A stretch of DNA of 64,000 nt, taken from NCBI GenBank assembly GCA_963667015.2, contig CAXXJJ010000001.1, positions 832,001 through 896,000 of the forward strand, given 5' to 3'. This document shows positions 47,596 through 58,344 of this stretch, piece after piece (positions within the stretch are counted from its first letter, which is position 1; every line of letters begins with the position of its first letter). The stretch comes from Desulfatiglandales bacterium. GTDB lineage: Bacteria; Desulfobacterota; DSM-4660; Desulfatiglandales; HGW-15. Under the pieces are notes generated by a model. It had not been told where the DNA came from. It searched no databases and saw nothing but the letters and a program-made list of their open reading frames with translations. A program made the translations under genes and the position numbers.

Positions 47596-49020
47596 ATGAC
47601 TTTTGTATCTCTAATATTTCTGCTCTTTTTTTCATGTGTTTTCATCATTTACTGTTCTTTAGCAGGGCGCTTCAGATGGATATTGCTACTGGGGGCCAGT
47701 TATCTTTTTTATAGTTATTGGAATTGGCGTTATCTGCCTTTATTATTGGGTTCAACTCTTGTCGACTATATGTGTGCAATCCAGATGGGTAAACATGAGA
47801 CTAGGCAGAAGCGAAGGATCTGGTTATGGCTCTCATTAATCGTTAATCTAGGTGTTTTGTTTACTTTTAAATATTGGAATTTTGTTGGGGAAAACCTTAA
47901 TTTTCTTTTTCAAAGTAATATTACACTTCATCATATGTTATTGCCAATTGGACTATCTTTTTATACTCTTCAAACTTTAGGCTACAGTTTTGATGTATAT
48001 CTAGGTAAAGAAAAACCGGAACAGCATCTCGGCTTTTTTTCTCTATATGTCTGCTTTTTCCCCCAACTTGTAGCAGGCCCAATTGAGAGAAGCAAAAATT
48101 TATTACCTCAATTAAAAATGCTTCGTCTTGCTACTATTGGGGAGTTTCGGTATGGAGTATTACTAATTATTTGGGGTTTTTTTTTAAAGCTGGTTATTGC
48201 TGATAATATAACTCTTTTTATTGATTCAATTTTTTTTAGCAATGTCATTTTTCCTTTTTGGCTATACTGGATAGCAGGCGCCCTGGCACTGATAAAGATT
48301 TATTGCGATTTTATGGGGTATTCGGAAATTGCCCGTGGACTGGCTATGTTATTCGGAATAAAGCTAACGCTTAATTTTCGTCGTCCTCTTTTTGCCTCTA
48401 CTCTGCGGGAATTCTGGCTACGATGGCATATCAGTCTTACTCGTTGGATCAGAGATTTTATTCAAATTCCTATGCTTAAACGTTTCCGCTCTGGGTCTAT
48501 ACGACCTTTCGTGACCATTTTTACATTGTTTGTAATAGGTGTTTGGCATGGGGCAAGTTGGAATTTTGTTTTATTTGGATTACTGCATGGAATAATTCTT
48601 GTTATCTGGTCTCCATTATCCAATCTTTTTAGGCAAATTCTTCCTTTGAGTCTTGCAGTTCGAAAGCAATTGGGAAGGGTAGTACTGGCTATGGTATTGA
48701 GTCTTACAGTGGCAATATTTTATGTATCTGATTCAAAGGTGCTCTTTCAAGTTTTAACTCGTATGTTTGATTTTCATACTTCGTTTATGCAGGCGTCTGT
48801 TTTAGCTATTAATGGTACAAGGCCTTTATTAAAAGCCTTATTTGGGATAATCATATTACTTGTGTATAGTTCTATTGGGGAGTTCAAAGAGGTAGAGCCT
48901 GCCGCTTACCTTGTAAAAAGTCATTCTATTTATCGATGGATATCGGTTATTATAATTTTTTTATTAATTATTATATTGGGAAATTTTGCGAGTGAAAACT
49001 TCGTCTACTTTGAATTTTAA
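47596..49020 (+). CDS. MBOAT O-acyltransferase (AlgI/DltB-like)
   Basis: LPIGLSFYT, FFPQLVAGPI, EFW.RWHISL and GVWHGA motifs. Confidence 0.92.
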   Translation: MTFVSLIFLLFFSCVFIIYCSLAGRFRWILLLGASYLFYSYWNWRYLPLLLGSTLVDYMCAIQMGKHETRQKRRIWLWLSLIVNLGVLFTFKYWNFVGENLNFLFQSNITLHHMLLPIGLSFYTLQTLGYSFDVYLGKEKPEQHLGFFSLYVCFFPQLVAGPIERSKNLLPQLKMLRLATIGEFRYGVLLIIWGFFLKLVIADNITLFIDSIFFSNVIFPFWLYWIAGALALIKIYCDFMGYSEIARGLAMLFGIKLTLNFRRPLFASTLREFWLRWHISLTRWIRDFIQIPMLKRFRSGSIRPFVTIFTLFVIGVWHGASWNFVLFGLLHGIILVIWSPLSNLFRQILPLSLAVRKQLGRVVLAMVLSLTVAIFYVSDSKVLFQVLTRMFDFHTSFMQASVLAINGTRPLLKALFGIIILLVYSSIGEFKEVEPAAYLVKSHSIYRWISVIIIFLLIIILGNFASENFVYFEF

Positions 49021-50041
49021 ATATCTATTGCGAGTGTCTTTTTTAGCGATTTTTATATCTTTAAGTATGCTTTATTTATTAACTTTAATTTTACCTGCTG
49101 GTGTCATTCACCCTTATAAGGATAAAATGGCAATTTATGAGCAACAACGTGAAGCTATTGAAGCAATAACTGTGGGCAATTCACATTCAAGGGGGATTCA
49201 TTTTTCTTCTCTGGGCCTGAAAGGATATCATTTTTTTGACAGTGGCGGTGACATTGAAACAGCATGTTTTAAGGCGAGGTATATAACAAAAGAAACTCCC
49301 AAACTAAAATATGTCTTTTTGACAATATCGCCTGTTATGCTTTTTCATTCCAAGCGGTATTCCGTTGATAATTATCATGCATGGTTGTCAAGAGCTTTTA
49401 AAAATATGCCAATTTGTAGAGAACTCTTTTTATCAAATTTTGAAGCTTCCATTAATGCTATTGCAGACAGGATTATTTCCTTTGAAGCTTTACAGAAAAT
49501 TGTTGAAAATGCAATTTCCTCACTTAGGCCGAGTAAGGAATATTCTTACCTTGCATCTACCACCCAGATAAACAAGTTTAATCCCGTTATTATTGAAGAC
49601 GGCATAATTAAAGGGTATTATAAAAAACTAATAAAGCCTTTATATATTCAGAAACATGCAGATCGAAGTCTTTCTCATCACATGAGGGTAATACATGAAG
49701 TACTCAAAAAAAAGCCTGAGATTGTAAAACTAAATATGTCAGAAATAGTTGAGCTTGCCGGCATGCTTTTTGAGCAGAAATGTAAACTTATTCTTGTCAC
49801 AACACCTTTGACCAGGGAATATTATGAATCAGATCAAATTCAGTCCCTAATCCCGCAATACTCCTTCTGTTTGAAAAAGCTTAGTAAACATCCCAATATA
49901 GAAATTTATGACTTCCATGATTATTTTTATAATTCTATGGACAGGGGCATAAATAATTTTTTTTATGATGATGATCACCTTGCGCTACCAGGTGCCCAAA
50001 AATTTAGTAAAGCGCTTGGAGAAATGATGAATATTTTATAG
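48986..50041 (+). CDS. SGNH-like periplasmic acyltransferase partner
   Basis: N-terminal TM helix; VGNSH and DDDHL catalytic motifs. Confidence 0.7.
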   Translation: MRVKTSSTLNFKYLLRVSFLAIFISLSMLYLLTLILPAGVIHPYKDKMAIYEQQREAIEAITVGNSHSRGIHFSSLGLKGYHFFDSGGDIETACFKARYITKETPKLKYVFLTISPVMLFHSKRYSVDNYHAWLSRAFKNMPICRELFLSNFEASINAIADRIISFEALQKIVENAISSLRPSKEYSYLASTTQINKFNPVIIEDGIIKGYYKKLIKPLYIQKHADRSLSHHMRVIHEVLKKKPEIVKLNMSEIVELAGMLFEQKCKLILVTTPLTREYYESDQIQSLIPQYSFCLKKLSKHPNIEIYDFHDYFYNSMDRGINNFFYDDDHLALPGAQKFSKALGEMMNIL

Positions 50042-50335
50042 ATGAGTAGAGAAGTGCTGAAAAGGAAATATATAGTTAATTTAGTAAAAAAATCTATGCT
50101 GTTTATTTTAGATACCCGACTTTTTAAGCTGGACTGTATCTCAATGTTGTTAGCTGAAGCACTGTAGACTCCTGAAAAATATCCTACATAGACTTAAGAA
50201 TTGCCCATAAGGAACGAGTGTTTATAGATCCTGATTTTTCTTGCGTAATCAATTATAATTAAAATTTAAGACGCTCTTAGTGTTTTAGCTGGTCATGTAT
50301 ACCTACAAAAAGGTTTCATTTTTAGAGGAAATCCT

Positions 50336-51610
50336 ATGCCACAAATATCGGAAAATAATAATCCCATAACACCTGAAGACATTTACCACGATGAGATAAA
50401 TATCATCGAAGTTATTTACCCAGTATATAAAAGACGAAAGTTTCTTATTATATTCTGTTTAACCATTACATTTCTTGTAGGTATTATAAGTGTGTTTTCA
50501 GAAAAAATATATGAGGCAAAAACTGTAATTCTTCCAGAGACAGGTGAAAGAGTCAATAGCGCTGTTGCAGTACCTTCTGTTCTTGAAGAATTTGCTGCTG
50601 CTAGGTTAGGTAGATCCTCATCAGCTCCTGCTGCGATATTCGGAGCAGTCCTAAAGAGTAATGAACTGGCTGGACATGTTTTAAAACGTTATGACTATTA
50701 TTCTATAATGGGAATATCACAGTATAATAGTAAAGAAGAAATAGCAAAAGCATTTGCAGCTCAGATTAAAGTATCAGAATCCAATAATGATCCATCAATA
50801 TCTATTTCGATAAACTCCAGCGATCCTGTATTGGCTTCTGATTTGGCAAATTCATATGTTCATGCTCTTGATGAATATAATCTTACTAATTCATACACCT
50901 CAACCCAAAGACTTAGGGAGTATATTGTAAGGCGTTTGTCTGTTGCGGAAGAAGAATTGGATAAGGCTCAGAAAGAGCTTCGTGAATTTCAGGAGCAAAA
51001 TAAAGCGATTTCAATAGGCAAACAGACAGAAGCCACCTTGGAGGTTCTTGCTGAAATGGAGAGCCAGAAGGTTGCCCTTGAAGTTGCAAAAGCCGCAAAA
51101 GAAAAGTTTTATAAGGGACCATCAAACGAGCTCGAACAAATTGACGCGCAGATAGCTGCTATAAACAAAAATATTACGCGTCTGACGAATTCCCAGGAAA
51201 CCAGTGTGCCTATTGAACTGGATAATGGCAAGGTTAATTTTTACATACCTCTCACAAGAATTCCGGCCCTTAATTATGACGAAAGCAAACTTCTTTTAAA
51301 GGTCAAGGCAAAAACAGGTGTTATTACAATGCTGACAACACAACTTGAACAGGTAAAATTGGATGAAACAAAGGATATGCCAACTATTAATACTTTGGAA
51401 ATAGCCGATCCGCCGCAGAAAGCAGTAAAACCAAAAGTTAAAATTAATGTGATTCTAGGTTTTATTGTAAGCATATTTTTAGGAATATTAATTGTATTTT
51501 TCATGGAATTTAATGAACGGCTAGATAAAGATCCTGAATCTGCTTTAAAATGGAAAGAAATGAAACTGGGATTTAAGCATCTTCTCTGGCTTAAAAGAAA
51601 AAAAGATTAA
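50336..51610 (+). CDS. Wzz/GumC-like polysaccharide co-polymerase
   Basis: Two TM helices, periplasmic coiled coil, proline-rich ADPPQKAVKPK. Confidence 0.85.
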   Translation: MPQISENNNPITPEDIYHDEINIIEVIYPVYKRRKFLIIFCLTITFLVGIISVFSEKIYEAKTVILPETGERVNSAVAVPSVLEEFAAARLGRSSSAPAAIFGAVLKSNELAGHVLKRYDYYSIMGISQYNSKEEIAKAFAAQIKVSESNNDPSISISINSSDPVLASDLANSYVHALDEYNLTNSYTSTQRLREYIVRRLSVAEEELDKAQKELREFQEQNKAISIGKQTEATLEVLAEMESQKVALEVAKAAKEKFYKGPSNELEQIDAQIAAINKNITRLTNSQETSVPIELDNGKVNFYIPLTRIPALNYDESKLLLKVKAKTGVITMLTTQLEQVKLDETKDMPTINTLEIADPPQKAVKPKVKINVILGFIVSIFLGILIVFFMEFNERLDKDPESALKWKEMKLGFKHLLWLKRKKD

Positions 51611-51837
51611 ATGAAAAGAGTGCGCCTATTTCAGTAGGGATAAGATATTAAAAGGCTGCGAAATTTTTATCTTGAAGTTAACAGCGAATACCCACCAGAT
51701 AACATTATTTTAGTATTTACACCTTAGTTGATCTGAAGAAATTATCTGACGAATCCAATATCTAAAATATTGAATAACGGTATTCACGATACCATATTAA
51801 AACTTTATTATAACATTAATAAAATAGAGAGGAATAT

Positions 51838-53016
51838 ATGCAATTTATCGATTTAGCAAAACAACAATCTAGGATTAAAAACTATATTTATGAAAATATT
51901 CAAAATGTATTATTTCATGGGAAATACATAATGGGTCCTGAAGTAAAGGAACTTGAAAATCAGTTAGCACAATATGTCGGAGTGAAGCATGCTATAGCTT
52001 GTGCATCCGGAACTGACTCATTATTATTAGCTCTAATGTCATATGGTATTGGGCCAGGTGACGCAATATTTACAACACCTTTTACATTTATTGCTACTGC
52101 AGAAGTCATTAGTCTTTTAGGTGCGACTCCAATCTTTGTTGATATTGATCCTGATACATTTAATATTGATCCTGAAAAACTGGAGCTGGCAATCAAAGCC
52201 TTTGAATCTAAGGATTCGTCTGTCCATCCATTACCAAACATTGAACATGGAACATTGAATCTTGAACACACACCAAAAGGCATAATTCCAGTTGATCTTT
52301 TTGGATTACCGGCTGATTACAATAAAATTAACGCTATTGCTGAAAAACACAATTTATTTGTCATTGAGGATGGTGCACAATCATTTGGTGCAGAGTATAA
52401 TGGGAAGAAATCCTGTTCTCTTGCAGATATAGGCTGTACTTCCTTTTTTCCTGCCAAACCTTTGGGGTGCTATGGTGATGGTGGCATGTGCTTTACAGAT
52501 GATAATGAAAAGGCAGAGATTTTACGATCACTATTGGTTCATGGAAAAGGATCTCATAAATATGATAATACACGAATAGGGATAAATGGTCGTTTAGATA
52601 CAATGCAGGCAGCAATTCTTCTGGCTAAGTTTGAGATTTTTCCTGAAGAAGTTGAGTTAAGAAACAAAGTTGCTCAACGATATGCTGAGTTATTATCACC
52701 ATGCTCCATGCTTCATGCACCACACGTACCCGATGAGTACAAAAGCGTCTGGGCACAATACTCTATACTTGCACGAGATGAAAATCATCGTTCAGAAATA
52801 CAAGATACTTTAAAAAAGAAAGATATTCCAACTGCCATATATTATCCAAAACCATTACATTTACAATCTGCCTTTAATACCCTGGGATACAGCGATGGGG
52901 ATTTTCCTGTAAGTGAAGATTCTGCAAAACGTATATTTAGCATACCAATGCATCCTTATCTAACAGAACAGGATCAGGAAATTATATCGGAAGCCTTTAA
53001 GAGTTTGGAAGTATAA
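51838..53016 (+). CDS. DegT/DnrJ aminotransferase (WbpE/WlbC-like)
   Basis: MQFIDL, IEDGAQSFG and SFFPAKPLGCYGDGG motifs. Confidence 0.9.
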   Translation: MQFIDLAKQQSRIKNYIYENIQNVLFHGKYIMGPEVKELENQLAQYVGVKHAIACASGTDSLLLALMSYGIGPGDAIFTTPFTFIATAEVISLLGATPIFVDIDPDTFNIDPEKLELAIKAFESKDSSVHPLPNIEHGTLNLEHTPKGIIPVDLFGLPADYNKINAIAEKHNLFVIEDGAQSFGAEYNGKKSCSLADIGCTSFFPAKPLGCYGDGGMCFTDDNEKAEILRSLLVHGKGSHKYDNTRIGINGRLDTMQAAILLAKFEIFPEEVELRNKVAQRYAELLSPCSMLHAPHVPDEYKSVWAQYSILARDENHRSEIQDTLKKKDIPTAIYYPKPLHLQSAFNTLGYSDGDFPVSEDSAKRIFSIPMHPYLTEQDQEIISEAFKSLEV

Positions 53017-54101
53017 TGAAAATCATCACTATTATTGGCGCTCGTCCACAATTTATCAAGGCTGCTGTCATATCAAGAAGAATTTCCGAACTGAACAGTA
53101 AAAATTCATCACATGTAATAGATGAAGTAATCGTTCACACTGGGCAGCACTATGATGAAGAGATGTCAGGATTGTTCTTCCGGGAGTTAGAAATTCCGGA
53201 GCCAAAATATAACCTTGAGATAGGATCAGGAAATCATGGCTATCAAACTGGCAAGATGCTTATTGCGTTAGAAGAAGTTCTTCAAAAGGAAGAACCTGAT
53301 TGGGTTCTTGTTTATGGAGATACCAATTCCACATTGGCTGGTGCATTAGCAGCAACAAAACTTCATATTCCCATAGTACATGTTGAAGCCGGTCTGCGCA
53401 GTTATAATCGTAGGATGCCGGAAGAAATAAACCGTGTTTTGGCAGATCAAGTTTCTAAACTTTTATTTTGCCCCAGTCAGACCGCTGTTGATAATCTTGC
53501 TCTGGAAGGTATTAAAAAAGGGGTTCACATCACCGGGGATGTTATGATGGAGGCTGTAAAATTTGCAGAAGATAAGATCCCTGAAAATCCTGAAATATTG
53601 GCACAATTGGGTATAAAGCCTAAAAAATATCTCCTGGCTACCGTCCATCGTGCAGAAAATACTGATGATATTCATAGACTGAAAGATATTTTAGCTGCTT
53701 TTGGAACAATAGATAGTACTATTGTTTTTCCTGTCCACCCAAGAACTCGAAAGCTATTGGAAACAACAAAATATTCTTCCCCTGAAAATGTAATATTGAT
53801 TGATCCATTGGGATATTTTGAAATCATAACTCTCGAAAAAAACGCACAAATGATTCTTACTGATTCGGGTGGAATACAGAAAGAAGCATATTGGTTGAAA
53901 GTTCCCTGCATAACTCTTCGTGAAGAGACGGAATGGGTTGAAACAGTCTCCAACGGTTGGAATGTCTTAACTGGAGCTGATAAGGATAAAATAATTGGGG
54001 CGGTTAAATCATTTAAAATGCCTGAAAATCACCCACCTCTTTATGGCGATGGAAGCACATCTCTATATTGTATTCAAAAAATATTAGAAGCGAAAATATA
54101 A
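53016..54101 (+). CDS. Non-hydrolysing UDP-GlcNAc-type 2-epimerase (WbpI-like)
   Basis: [23 protein letters not shown] and TDSGG motifs. Confidence 0.92.
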   Translation: MKIITIIGARPQFIKAAVISRRISELNSKNSSHVIDEVIVHTGQHYDEEMSGLFFRELEIPEPKYNLEIGSGNHGYQTGKMLIALEEVLQKEEPDWVLVYGDTNSTLAGALAATKLHIPIVHVEAGLRSYNRRMPEEINRVLADQVSKLLFCPSQTAVDNLALEGIKKGVHITGDVMMEAVKFAEDKIPENPEILAQLGIKPKKYLLATVHRAENTDDIHRLKDILAAFGTIDSTIVFPVHPRTRKLLETTKYSSPENVILIDPLGYFEIITLEKNAQMILTDSGGIQKEAYWLKVPCITLREETEWVETVSNGWNVLTGADKDKIIGAVKSFKMPENHPPLYGDGSTSLYCIQKILEAKI

Positions 54102-54118
54102 AAGTTAAGGATAAAATA

Positions 54119-55705
54119 ATGTCAGATAATAAAGTCGCGGTTATAGGATCAGGTTACTGGGGAAAAAATCTTGTAAGAAATTTTCATAAGATTGGAGCCT
54201 TAAAATTAATATGTGATAAAAATGAAACCGTGCTGGAGAGTTTCAAACAACAGTACCCGGATGTTGAAACTTGTATTGCCCTTAATGAAGTTTTAGCTCG
54301 AGAAGATATAGGTGGTTTGGTTATAGCAACTCCTGCTGAAACGCATTACAGGATTGCTCGTGAGGCTCTTCTTGCTGGTAAACATGTATATGTTGAAAAA
54401 CCCCTGGTATTGGATGAAGCAGAAGGCAAGGAACTTATTGCCCTGGCGAAAAACAAAAATATGGTTCTTATGGTTGGGCATCTTCTCCAATATCATCCTG
54501 TTTTTATTAAGCTTAAAGAAATGGCTTCTAGTGGTGAATTAGGCAGGATCAATTATATATATTCCAACCGCCTTAATCTTGGAAAAATCCGTAGAGAAGA
54601 AAATATTCTCTGGTCTTTTGCTCCCCATGATATTTCAATGATACTCACTCTAGCCGGCGAAGAACCTGATAATGTTTATGCTACAGGAGGAAACTATCTT
54701 CATCAGAAAATTGCGGATGTAACAACAACTCATATGACTTTCCCTTCAGGGTTAAGGGCTCATATATTTGTGTCATGGCTTCATCCTTTTAAAGAGCAAA
54801 AACTTGTTGTTGTAGGAGATAAAAAAATGGCAGTATTTGATGATACACAATCATGGAATGATAAACTGCTTTTATACCCCCATAAGATTAACTGGGAAAA
54901 CAATGCACCCGTTCCTGTAAAAGGGGAAGCAGAAAGAGTAGATATCCCGGAATCCGAACCGCTAAGACAGGAATGTGAGCACTTTCTTAATTGTATAGCT
55001 AATGGACAGCAACCCATCACAGACGGTAATGAAGGTCTTAGGGTGCTAAAGATACTTAATTCCGCCCAACGCTCCCTTGATGGGGTTAGTAAATCCCCAG
55101 TTGCAGACATTGACAAAAAGAAGAACATTGAATCGCGTTCACCAAATCACCAATTAACTTCAAATTATTTTGCACATGATACAGCAATAGTTGATGAAAA
55201 CGTATCTATCGGTGAGGGAACGCGTATATGGCATTTTTCACATATTCTTTCAGGGTCAAAAATAGGTGAAAAATGTAACATTGGGCAAAATGTTGTTATA
55301 GGTCCTGATGTGGTAATCGGGAATAATTGTAAGATTCAAAATAATGTAAGTGTCTATAAAGGTGTAGAACTTGAGGATGGTGTTTTCTGCGGTCCGTCCA
55401 TGGTTTTTACTAATGTTTATAATCCTCGAGCTGAAATTAAAAAGATGGATCAGGCTCGGAATACTCTGGTTAAGAAAGGTGCAACTCTTGGGGCTAACTG
55501 TACGATTGTTTGCGGTCATACAATTGGTCGCTATGCTTTTATTGGAGCGGGGGCGGTAGTGACAAAAGATGTTCCAGGGCACGCTTTGATGGTAGGGAAC
55601 CCGGCTCGACAGATAGGCTTTATGTGTATTTGTGGGGAAAGGCTTAACGATTTGATGGTATGCCCATCATGTAACTGGGTATATGATAAAAAGAATAATT
55701 ATTAA
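54119..55705 (+). CDS. Fusion of Gfo/Idh/MocA dehydrogenase (WbpB/WlbA-like) and hexapeptide N-acetyltransferase (WbpD/WlbB-like)
   Basis: GSGYWG and VEKP motifs; then [24 protein letters not shown] and C-terminal zinc ribbon. Confidence 0.88.
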   Translation: MSDNKVAVIGSGYWGKNLVRNFHKIGALKLICDKNETVLESFKQQYPDVETCIALNEVLAREDIGGLVIATPAETHYRIAREALLAGKHVYVEKPLVLDEAEGKELIALAKNKNMVLMVGHLLQYHPVFIKLKEMASSGELGRINYIYSNRLNLGKIRREENILWSFAPHDISMILTLAGEEPDNVYATGGNYLHQKIADVTTTHMTFPSGLRAHIFVSWLHPFKEQKLVVVGDKKMAVFDDTQSWNDKLLLYPHKINWENNAPVPVKGEAERVDIPESEPLRQECEHFLNCIANGQQPITDGNEGLRVLKILNSAQRSLDGVSKSPVADIDKKKNIESRSPNHQLTSNYFAHDTAIVDENVSIGEGTRIWHFSHILSGSKIGEKCNIGQNVVIGPDVVIGNNCKIQNNVSVYKGVELEDGVFCGPSMVFTNVYNPRAEIKKMDQARNTLVKKGATLGANCTIVCGHTIGRYAFIGAGAVVTKDVPGHALMVGNPARQIGFMCICGERLNDLMVCPSCNWVYDKKNNY

Positions 55706-55845
55706 AATTATAGATTGGTTAGCAATGTAACCCCTCTAATACTTTTTTGTTACCAATCTTTTAATTTCAATGGAGCGTTGAAAAACAATTGCCTTGAAAT
55801 ATTAAGCTAGGTTAGGTGATCATTATTTTAACAGGAGAAATAGTA

Positions 55846-56301
55846 ATGCGAAGTGATAAATCATATTTGATGTCGCTTGATGACTTTCAAGTCGGAGATA
55901 CTTACAGACATTATCCGAACAAAACTGTTACTGAAAGCGATAACAATTTATTTTGTCTGTTGACACTAAATCATCACCCCATCCACAGTGACATAGAATT
56001 TTCAAAACGAAGTCAGCATGGAAAAATACTCGTCGTTGGTACATATGTCTTAAGTTTGGTAGTAGGCCTGTCTGTTCCTCATATTTCTGGTGCAGCTATT
56101 GCAAATTTAGAATATGAAAAAGTCGTTCACAACGGCCCGGTATTTATCGGAGATACGATTAGTGCCGAATCGACTATCCTTGAAGTTAAGCCATCATCCA
56201 GTAAACCAGATAGAGGGATTATATATGTTGAGACAGTAGCTTTCAACCAACATGGTGAAAAAGTTTTAACTTTTAGACGACGGGTATTGTTGCCGAAATA
56301 A
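55846..56301 (+). CDS. MaoC-family hot-dog dehydratase
   Basis: TVTESDNNLF.LLTLNHHPIH and PVFIGDT motifs. Confidence 0.88.
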   Translation: MRSDKSYLMSLDDFQVGDTYRHYPNKTVTESDNNLFCLLTLNHHPIHSDIEFSKRSQHGKILVVGTYVLSLVVGLSVPHISGAAIANLEYEKVVHNGPVFIGDTISAESTILEVKPSSSKPDRGIIYVETVAFNQHGEKVLTFRRRVLLPK

Positions 56302-56323
56302 TCTTATTTTGGGGGAGAATAAA

Positions 56324-57235
56324 ATGATAAAACCTTATAAAGGGCCTTGGGTAATAAGGACATTTCTATTTGTACCTGGCCATAATGAGAAATTACTCAT
56401 TAAGGGAAGTCAATCTGAAGCAGATTGCGTAGCATTATGTCTTGAAGATGCTGTACCTTTTAATAAAAAAGAAGATGCAAGACAAAAGGTAAAAAATGTT
56501 TTAGCTGATGGTCTTTTTAAGGATAAACCTGTTTTTGTTAGAATTAACTCTATGGATACAGGTCTTACACTGCCGGATCTTGATGCTGTTGCCTGTAAAG
56601 AGTTGGATGGGTTTGTTTATCCAATGGCATATACCGCAGATGATATTAAGAACTTTGATGCTCAGCTTAGTTTAATGGAAACGCACAAGGGTTTGAAAAA
56701 AGGACATTTTTCAATTATCGTTTTGATAGAGACACCGTTGGCAATAATAAATGCATATGAAATAGCTAGGGCCTCAGATCGCGTTGTAGCATTGCTTTTT
56801 GGTTGTGAAGATTATATGGCTGAAATGGAAAGTAGATATTCAGAGGAAGAAAGAACTCTTTTTGTACCCAGAAGTATGATTGCAATTGCGGCACATGCTG
56901 CCGGTGTTGTAGCTCTTGATACGCCATATGTAAAAGTACATGATCTAGATGGATTAAAAAGATTTGCAACTTTGGGCAGAGATTTAGGTATGGCCGGAAT
57001 GTTGGTTATGTCGCCAAGACAGATTGAAATTGCGCGAGATTGTTATACTCCGAATGAAGAAGAAGTGAAATATGCTTCTGATGTTGTACTAGCAGCTGAT
57101 GAGGCAAAGAAGGAAGGAAAAGGGATTACAATTGTGAATGGAAAGTTTATTTCTCCCCCCACTCTGAAACAGGCGAAAAGACTTCTAAACCATTATGAGT
57201 CAATTAAAATGTTCGAAAAATCTCTTATCGATTAA
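56324..57235 (+). CDS. CitE/malyl-CoA lyase family (HpcH/HpaI) enzyme
   Basis: RTFLFVPG, LEDAV, FVRIN, LIETP and FGCEDY motifs. Confidence 0.88.
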   Translation: MIKPYKGPWVIRTFLFVPGHNEKLLIKGSQSEADCVALCLEDAVPFNKKEDARQKVKNVLADGLFKDKPVFVRINSMDTGLTLPDLDAVACKELDGFVYPMAYTADDIKNFDAQLSLMETHKGLKKGHFSIIVLIETPLAIINAYEIARASDRVVALLFGCEDYMAEMESRYSEEERTLFVPRSMIAIAAHAAGVVALDTPYVKVHDLDGLKRFATLGRDLGMAGMLVMSPRQIEIARDCYTPNEEEVKYASDVVLAADEAKKEGKGITIVNGKFISPPTLKQAKRLLNHYESIKMFEKSLID

Positions 57236-57277
57236 TTAAATTAATACCCAATTGGACATTTGTTTTTCAACTGGAGA

Positions 57278-58201
57278 ATGGACGATATGCTTAAAATGTA
57301 TACAAAGAAAGATTTAATTAATGATTTTGAAAAGGCAGGCGTTTGTAAAGGTGACCTATTGAATGTTAAATGTTCGTTAAAGTCGATCGGTTATCAAATT
57401 GATGGCGGGGTGAAAACTCTTATTGAGGCATTGCTTGAATCAATTGGAGAAGAGGGAACTATTGTTACAGATTCTTTTATCTCCTCAGTACCTATGTATA
57501 AGTTAAAAAAGGATAAGTCTTTTATTAGTACTGATAGCTCACCATCATATGCGGGTGCTTTAGCTAATGCAATGATCAAATTCCCAAAAAGATATAGAAG
57601 CTCGCATCCTATACAAAGGTTCGTTAGTATTGGAAGAATGGCAAAGTGGCTAACAGAGGGGCATCAACCTGAATCCTACGCATATGATGTATTAAGAGTT
57701 ATGGCCGAAAATGGAGGGAAAAATCTTAAAATAGGCACTGATGAAAAAGTCGTAGGAGTTGGAACGACACATGTGGCTATCGGGGAGCTAGGCTTTAAAC
57801 AGAAGCGTTTGGATGCGGGGATATGGTATTATAATGAAAATGGACAACTACAGTTATTCAAGAGGAATTGGGCAGGGGCATGTCATGATGGGTTAATTAA
57901 TTTCCTGCCATTCTATAGTAAGAACGGGGGGATTTTATCAACCGGAAATATAGGAAAAGCAGAATGTAAAATAACTGACATGAAAAAAACATTAGAAATG
58001 GAAATAAGTATCTTAAAAAAAGACCCATCATTTTTTATGTGTAAGTCAAAATTTTGTACAGGCTGTCAATTAACATGGAATTTTAAAAAAACAAATATTG
58101 GCAAATTTGCCTTTACACTAATTGCTAATAATAAGTGGAGAGAATTTAAACAGGTATTAAAATACTTTGTTATGCATTATCAGCCTTCTGCAACGCATTG
58201 A
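57278..58201 (+). CDS. AAC(3)-family N-acyltransferase
   Basis: GV.KGD.LNV..SLKSIG, IGEEGTIV, RSSHP and TTHVA motifs. Confidence 0.72.
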   Translation: MDDMLKMYTKKDLINDFEKAGVCKGDLLNVKCSLKSIGYQIDGGVKTLIEALLESIGEEGTIVTDSFISSVPMYKLKKDKSFISTDSSPSYAGALANAMIKFPKRYRSSHPIQRFVSIGRMAKWLTEGHQPESYAYDVLRVMAENGGKNLKIGTDEKVVGVGTTHVAIGELGFKQKRLDAGIWYYNENGQLQLFKRNWAGACHDGLINFLPFYSKNGGILSTGNIGKAECKITDMKKTLEMEISILKKDPSFFMCKSKFCTGCQLTWNFKKTNIGKFAFTLIANNKWREFKQVLKYFVMHYQPSATH

Positions 58202-58344
58202 GTAAATATGAGTCTATTCGTTTAATGAAAAATGAAAAGATTTCGAGGTGTTAACCAATCGATATTAGATTAGACATATTTTTAAGAGGATTATCGGAGA
58301 AGATTAAATGTTTCCTGCCAAAGAATCGTTTTACCCGTGACACA

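Noticed and set aside
57278..58201. Aminoglycoside resistance gene
   Set aside because: Divergent AAC(3)-fold protein embedded in an O-antigen cluster; a glycan acylation role is more parsimonious.
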